The position numbers and the translations under genes are program-made. Below the pieces are notes generated by a model that ran no database searches, had not been told where the DNA came from, and saw only the letters and a program-made list of their open reading frames with translations. A stretch of DNA of 64,000 nucleotides from Eledone cirrhosa (taxonomy: Eukaryota): the NCBI GenBank assembly GCA_964016885.1, contig OZ024743.1:338024001-338088000 (forward strand), written 5' to 3'. Numbering within the stretch: the stretch's first letter is position 1; the number at the start of each line of letters is the position of its first letter. Positions 55,101 through 64,000 of the stretch are shown one piece after another.

Positions 55101-58100
55101 CACCACCATTTTTATTACCAACACTACACCACAACCCTTCTCATCATCATCATCACCACCATTTTTGTTACCAAAACTACACAACACCCGTTTTCATCAT
55201 CATCATCACCACAATTTTTATTACCAACACTACATCCCAACCCTTTTCATTACCATCAACACCACCACCATTTGTATTACCAACACTACACCACGACCCT
55301 TTTCATCGTCACCACCACCATTTTTATTACCAACACTACACCACAACCCTTTTCATCATCATCATCACCACCACCATTTTTATTACCAACACTACACCAC
55401 AACCCTTTTCATCATCATCATCAACACCATTTTTATTACCAACACTACACCACAACCCTTTTCATCATCATCCTCATCACCACCATTTTTATTACCAACA
55501 CTACACCACACCCGTTTTCATCATCATCATCACCACCATTTTTATTACCGACACTACACCACAACCCTTTTCATCATCATCATCACCACCACCATTTTTA
55601 TTACCAACACTACACCACAACCCTTTTCATCACCATCACCACCACCATTTTTATTACCAACACTACACCACAACTCTTTGCTCATCATCATCACCACCAT
55701 TTTTATTACCAACACTACACCACAACCCTTTTCATCGTCACCACCACCATTTTTTTACCAACACTACACCACAACCCTTGTCGTCATCATCATTACCACC
55801 ACCACCACTTTTATTACCAACACTACACCACAACCATTTTCATCATCATCATCACCACCACCATTTTTGTTACCAAAACTACACCACACCCGTTTTCAAC
55901 ATCATCATCACAACCATTTTTATTACCAACACTACACCACATCCCATTTCATCATCATCACCACCACAATTTGTATTTCAACACTACACCCCAACCCTTT
56001 TCATTACCATCAACACCACTATTTTTATTACCAACACTACACCACGACCCTTTTCATCGTCACAACCACCATTTTTATTACCAACACTACACCACAACCC
56101 TTTTCATCATCATCATCACCACCACCACTTTCATTACCAACACTACACCACAACCCTTTTCATGATCATCATCACCACCACCATTTTGATTATCAACGCT
56201 GTAACCACAACCCTTTTCATCATTATCAGCACCACTATTTTTATTACCAACACTACACCACAACCCTTTTCATCATCATCATCACCACCATTTTTATTAC
56301 CAACACTACACCACAACCCTTTACCTCATCATCACCACCACCATTTTTATTACCAACACTACACCACAACACTTTTCATCATTATCACCACCACCATTTT
56401 TATTACCAACACTACACCACAACTCTTTTCAACATCATCATCACCACCATTTTTATTACCAACACTACACCACAACTCTTTTCAACATCATCATCACCAC
56501 CATTTTTATTACCAACACTACACCACCACCCTTTTCATCATCATCATCACCACCATTTTTATTACCAACACTACACCACATCCCTTTTCATCATCATTAC
56601 CATCACTACACCAGAACCCTTTTCATCATCATCATCATCACCACCATTTTTATTACCAACACTACACCACAACCCTCTTCATCATCATCAACACCACCGC
56701 CATTTTTTTACCAACACTACACCACACCCGTTTTCATCATCATCATCACCATTTTTATTACCAACACTACACCACAACCCTTTTCATCATCATCATCACC
56801 ACCACCATTTTTATTACCAACACTACACCACAACCCTTTTCATCATCATCATCACCACCACCATTTTTATTACCAACACTACACCACAACTCTTTGATCA
56901 TCATCATCACCACCATTTTTATTACCAACACTACACCACAACCCTTTTCATCGTCACCACCACCATTTTTTTACCAACACTACACCACAACCCTTGTCAT
57001 CATCATCACCACCACCACCACTTTTATTACCAACACTACACCACAACCCTTTTCATCATCATCATCACCACCATTTTTATTACCAACACTACACCACAAC
57101 CCTTCTCATCATCATCATCACCACCATTTTTGTTACCAAAACTACACAACACCCGTTTTCATCATCATCATCACCACAATTTTTATTACCAACACTACAT
57201 CCCAACCCTTTTCATTACCATCAACACCACCACCATTTGTATTACCAACACTACACCACGACCCTTTTCATCGTCACCACCACCATTTTTATTACCAACA
57301 CTACACCACAACCCTTTTCATCATCATCACCACCACCATTTTTATTACCAACACTACACCACAACCCTTTTCATCATCATCATCACCACCACCATTTTTA
57401 TTACCAACACTACACCACAACCCTTTTCATCATCATCATCAACACCATTTTTATTACCAACACTACACCACAACCCTTTTCATCATCATCATCATCACCA
57501 CCATTTTTATTACCAACACTACACCACACCCGTTTTCATCATCATCATCACCACCATTTTTATTACCGACACTACACCACAACCCTTTTCATCATCATCA
57601 TCACCACCACCATTTTTATTACCAACACTACACCACAACCCTTTTCATCACCATCACCACCACCATTTTTATTACCAACACTACACCACAACTCTTTGCT
57701 CATCATCATCACCACCATTTTTATTACCAACACTACACCACAACCCTTTTCATCGTCACCACCACCATTTTTTTACCAACACTACACCACAACCCTTGTC
57801 GTCATCATCATTACCACCACCACCACTTTTATTACCAACACTACACCACAACCATTTTCATCATCATCATCACCACCACCATTTTTGTTACCAAAACTAC
57901 ACCACACCCGTTTTCAACATCATCATCACAACCATTTTTATTACCAACACTACACCACATCCCATTTCATCATCATCACCACCACAATTTGTATTTCAAC
58001 ACTACACCCCAACCCTTTTCATTACCATCAACACCACCATTTTTATTACCAACACTACACCACGACCCTTTTCATCGACACAACCACCATTTTTATTACC

Positions 58101-61100
58101 AACACTACACCACACCCGTTTTCATCATCATCATCACCACCACCATTTTGATTACCAACGCTGTAACCACAACCCTTTTCATCATTATCAGCACCACTAT
58201 TTTTATTACCAACACTACACCACAACCCTTTTCATCATCATCATCACCACCATTTTTATTACCAACACTACACCACAACCCTTTACCTCATCATCACCAC
58301 CACCATTTTTATTACCAACACTACACCACAACACTTTTCATCATTATCACCACCACCATTTTTATTACCAACACTACACCACAACTCTTTTCAACATCAT
58401 CATCACCACCATTTTTATTACCAACACTACACCACAACTCTTTTCAACATCATCATCACCACCATTTTTATTACCAACACTACACCACCACCCTTTTCAT
58501 CATCATCATCACCACCATTTTTATTACCAACACTACACCACATCCCTTTTCATCATCATTACCATCACTACACCACAACCCTTTTCATCATCATCATCAT
58601 CACCACCATTTTTATTACCAACACTACACCACAACCCTCTTCATCATCATCAACACCACCACCATTTTTTTACCAACACTACACCACACCCGTTTTCATC
58701 ATCATCATCACCATTTTTATTACCAACACTACACCACAACCCTTTTCATCATCATCATCACCACCACCATTTTTATTACCAACACTACACCACAACCCTT
58801 TTCATCATCATCATCACCACCACCATTTTTATTACCAACACTACACCACAACCCTTTTCATCGTCACCACCACCATTTTTTTACCAACACTACACCACAA
58901 CCCTTGTCATCATCATCACCACCACCACCACTTTTATTACCAACACTACACCACAACCCTTTTCATCATCATCATCACCACCATTTTTATTACCAACACT
59001 ACACCACAACCCTTCTCATCATCATCATCACCACCATTTTTGTTACCAAAACTACACCACACCCGTTTTCATCATCATCATCACCACAATTTTTATTACC
59101 AACACTACACCCCAACCCTTTTCATTACCATCAACACCACCACCATTTTTATTACCAACACTACACCACGACCCTTTTCATCGTCACCACCACCATTTTT
59201 ATTACCAACACTACACCACAACCCTTTTCATCATCATCATCACCACCACCATTTTTATTACCAACACTACACCACAACCCTTTTCATCATCATCATCAAC
59301 ACCATTTTTATTACCAACACTACACCACAACCCTTTTCATCATCATCATCATCACCACCATTTTTATTACCAACACTACACCACAACTCTTTTCATCATC
59401 ATCATCACCACCATTTTTATTACCAACACTACACCACAACCCTTTTCATCATCATCACCACCACCATTTTTATTACCAACACTACACCACAACCCTTTTC
59501 ATCATCATCATCATCACCACCACCATTTTTATTACCAACACTACACCACAACCCTTTTCATCATCATCATCAACACCATTTTTATGACCAACACTACACC
59601 ACAACCCTTTTCATCATCATCACCACCACCATTTTTATTACCAACACTACACCACAACCCTTTTCATCATCATCATCATCACCACCACCATTTTTATTAC
59701 CAACACTACACCACAACCCTTTTCATCATCATCATCAACACCATTTTTATGACCAACACTACACCACAACCCTTTTCATCATCATCACCACCACCATTTT
59801 TATTACCAACACTACACCACAACCCTTTTCATCATCATCATCACCACCACCATTTTTATTACCAACACTACACCACAACCCTTTTCATCATCATCATCAA
59901 CACCATTTTTATTACCAACACTACACCACAACCCTTTTCATCATCATCATCATCACCATCATTTTTATTACCAACACTACACCACAACCCTTTTCATCAT
60001 CATCATCACCACCATTTTTATTACGAACACTATACCACAACCCTTTCCATCATCATCATCACCACCACCATTTTTATTACCAACACTACACCACAACGCT
60101 TTTCATCACCATCAACACCACCATTTTTATTACCAACACTACGCCACAACGCTTTTCATCATCAACACCACCACCATTTTTTTACCCACACTACACCACA
60201 CCCGTTTTTATCATCAGCATCACCACCATTTATATTACCAACACTACACCACAACCCTTTTCATCATCATCATCACCACCACCATTTTGTTACAAACATT
60301 ACACCACAACCCTTTTCATCATCACCATCACCACCACCATTTTTATTACCAACACTACACCACAACCCTTTTCATCATCATCACCACCACCATTTTTATT
60401 ACCAACACTACACCACAACCCTTTTCATCATTATCACCACCACCATTTTTATTACCAACACTACACCACAACTCTTTTCAACATCATCAACACCACCATT
60501 TTTATTACCAACACTACACCACAATCCTTTTCATCATCATCACCACCACCATTTTTATTACCATCACTACACCACAACCCTTTTCATCATCATCAACACC
60601 ACCACCATTTTTTTACGAACACTACACCACACCCGTTTTCATCATCATCATCACCACCATTTTTATTACCAACACTACACCACAACCCTTCTCAACATCA
60701 TCACCACCATTTTTATTACCAACACTACACCACAACCCTTTTCATCGTCACCACCACCATTTTTTTACCAACACTATACCACAACCCTTGTCATCATCAT
60801 TACCACCACCACCACTTTTATTACCAACACTACACCACAACCCTTTTCATCATCATCACCACCACCATTTTTATTACCAACACTACACCACAACCCTTTT
60901 CATCATCATCACCACCACCATTTTTATTACCAACTCTACACCACAACCCTTTTCATCATCAACACCACCACCATTTTTTTACCAACACTACACCACACCC
61001 GCTTTCATCATCATCAGCACCACCATTTTTATTACCAACACTACACCACAACCCTTCTCAACATCATCACCACCACAATTTTTGTTACCAAAACTACACC

Positions 61101-64000
61101 ACGCCCGTTTTCATCATCATCATCACCACCGTATTTATTACCAACACTACACCACATCCCTTTTCATCATCATCACCACCACAATTTTTATTACCAACAC
61201 TACACCACAACCCTTTTCATTACCATCAACACCACCATTTTTATTACCAACACTACACCACAACCCTTCTCATCATCATCATCACCACCATTTTTATTAC
61301 AAACACTACAACACAACCCTTTTCATCGTCATCACCACCACCATTTTTATTACCAACACTACACCACAACCCTTCTCATCATCATCCTCACCACCATTTT
61401 TATTACTAACACTACACCACAACCCTTTTCATCATCATCATCACCACCACCAATTTTATTACCAACACTACACCACAACCCTTTTCATCATCATCATCAC
61501 CACTACCATTTTTATTACCAACACTACACCACAACCCTTTTCATCGTCATCATCACCACCACCATTTTTATTACCAACACTACACCACAACGCTTTGCAT
61601 CACCATCACCACCACCATTTTTATTACCAACACTACACCACAACCCTTTTCATCATCATCACCACCACCATTTTTATTACCAACACTACACCACAACCCT
61701 TTTCATCATTATCACCACCACCATTTTTATTACCAACACTACACCACAACTCTTTTCAACATCATCATCCCCACCATTTTTATTACCAACACTACACCAC
61801 AACCCTTTTCATCATCATCACCACCACCATTTCTATTACCATCACTACACCACAACCCTTTTCATCATCATCAACACCACCACCATTTTTTTACGAACAC
61901 TACACCACACCCGTTTTCATCATCATCATCACCACCATTTTTATTACCAACACTACACCACAACCCTTCTCAACATCATCACCACCATTTTTATTACCAA
62001 CACTACACCACAACCCTTTTCATCGTCACCAACACCATTTTTTTACCAACACTATACCACAACCCTTGTCATCATCATTACCACCACCACCACTTTTATT
62101 ACCAACACTACACCACAACCCTTTTCATCAACATTATCACCACCATTTTTATTACCAACACTACACCACAACCCTTCTCATCATCATCATCACCACAATT
62201 TTTATTACCAACACAACACCACAACCATTTTCATCATCATCATCACCACCATTTTTGTTACCAAAACTACACCACACCCGTTTTCATCATCATCATCACC
62301 ACCATTTTTATTACCAACACTACACCACAACCCTTTTCATCATCATCATCAACACCATTTTTATGACCAACACTACACCACAACCCTTTTCATCATCATC
62401 ACCACCACCATTTTTATTACCAACACTACACCACAACCCTTTTCATCATCATCATCACCACCACCATTTTTATTACCAACACTACACCACAACCCTTTTC
62501 ATCATCATCATCAACACCATTTTTATTACCAACACTACACCACAACCCTTTTCATCATCATCATCATCACCATCATTTTTATTACCAACACTACACCACA
62601 ACCCTTTTCATCATCATCATCACCACCATTTTTATTACGAACACTATACCACAACCCTTTCCATCATCATCATCACCACCACCATTTTTATTACCAACAC
62701 TACACCACAACGCTTTTCATCACCATCAACACCACCATTTTTATTACCAACACTACGCCACAACGCTTTTCATCATCAACACCACCACCATTTTTTTACC
62801 CACACTACACCACACCCGTTTTTATCATCAGCATCACCACCATTTATATTACCAACACTACACCACAACCCTTTTCATCATCATCATCACCACCACCATT
62901 TTGTTACAAACATTACACCACAACCCTTTTCATCATCACCATCACCACCACCATTTTTATTACCAACACTACACCACAACCCTTTTCATCATCATCACCA
63001 CCACCATTTTTATTACCAACACTACACCACAACCCTTTTCATCATTATCACCACCACCATTTTTATTACCAACACTACACCACAACTCTTTTCAACATCA
63101 TCATCCCCACCATTTTTATTACCAACACTACACCACAACCCTTTTCATCATCATCACCACCACCATTTCTATTACCATCACTACACCACAACCCTTTTCA
63201 TCATCATCAACACCACCACCATTTTTTTACGAACACTACACCACACCCGTTTTCATCATCATCATCACCACCATTTTTATTACCAACACTACACCACAAC
63301 CCTTCTCAACATCATCACCACCATTTTTATTACCAACACTACACCACAACCCTTTTCATCGTCACCAACACCATTTTTTTACCAACACTATACCACAACC
63401 CTTGTCATCATCATTACCACCACCACCACTTTTATTACCAACACTACACCACAACCCTTTTCATCAACATTATCACCACCATTTTTATTACCAACACTAC
63501 ACCACAACCCTTCTCATCATCATCATCACCACAATTTTTATTACCAACACAACACCACAACCATTTTCATCATCATCATCACCACCATTTTTGTTACCAA
63601 AACTACACCACACCCGTTTTCATCATCATCATCACCACCATTTTTATTACCAACACTACACCACAACCCTTTTCATCATCATCATCAACCCCATTTTTAT
63701 GACCAACACTACACCACAACCCTTTTCATCATCATCACCACCACCATTTTTATTACCAACACTACACCACAACCCTTTTCATCATCATCATCACCACCAC
63801 CATTTTTATTACCAACACTACACCACAACCCTTTTCATCATCATCATCACCACCATTTTTATTACGAACACTATACCACAACCCTTTCCATCATCATCAT
63901 CACCACCACCATTTTTATTACCAACACTACACCACAACGCTTTTCATCACCATCAACACCACCATTTTTATTACCAACACTACGCCACAACGCTTTTCAT
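43127..64000. repeat. Satellite array with a 32+3n-bp unit (mostly 50-59 bp), roughly 390 copies, with kb-scale higher-order repeats; continues past the window end
   Basis: A constant TTTTATTACCAACACTACACCACAACCCTTTT is followed by variable (CAT)n(CAC)mCAT. A rare marker variant (TGATTA.CAACGCTGTAACC) occurs at 46871, 48836, 52261, 54170, 56187 and 58149. Confidence 0.97.

Noticed and set aside
43643-63702. Giant His/Thr/Pro-rich ORFs (up to 3544 aa) on the plus strand
   Set aside because: The strand has almost no G and no TAA, so stops are absent in all three frames. The monomer length (2 mod 3) makes every frame cycle through the same three peptides, and indels are not frame-constrained. 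This is a satellite artefact.
43127-64000. Telomeric repeat array
   Set aside because: There are no TTAGGG-type units, and the G-rich strand runs toward the interior of the window rather than toward the end of the array.

Overview
Eukaryotic, repeat-dense DNA with no recognisable host gene. The SINE family and microsatellite load suggest an octopus or other coleoid cephalopod (inference). A roughly 31-kb transposon-rich island sits between two tandem-repeat blocks. On the left is a 35-bp satellite (1-6070) that turns into a related 31-bp unit. On the right, CAC/CAT low-complexity DNA (about 37.8-43.1 kb) grades into a 32+3n-bp (about 53-bp) satellite with kb-scale higher-order repeats that runs off the window end. 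The island holds an apparently intact RTE-clade LINE (APE, RT and three C2H2 fingers) and a ~110-bp derivative of it. It also holds a decayed L1/Tx1 LINE, two R4/Dong-like RLE fragments in (CATA)n, two Penelope-like element (PLE) remnants, an internally deleted mariner, a non-autonomous Helitron and about a dozen tRNA-derived SINE copies. The most notable signal is a set of minimal type I hammerhead ribozyme motifs: two ORF-less palindromes in (TA)n that each carry a hammerhead on both strands, and one hammerhead with a compensatory U3:A8 core. The giant His/Thr/Pro ORFs in the ORF track are satellite artefacts.
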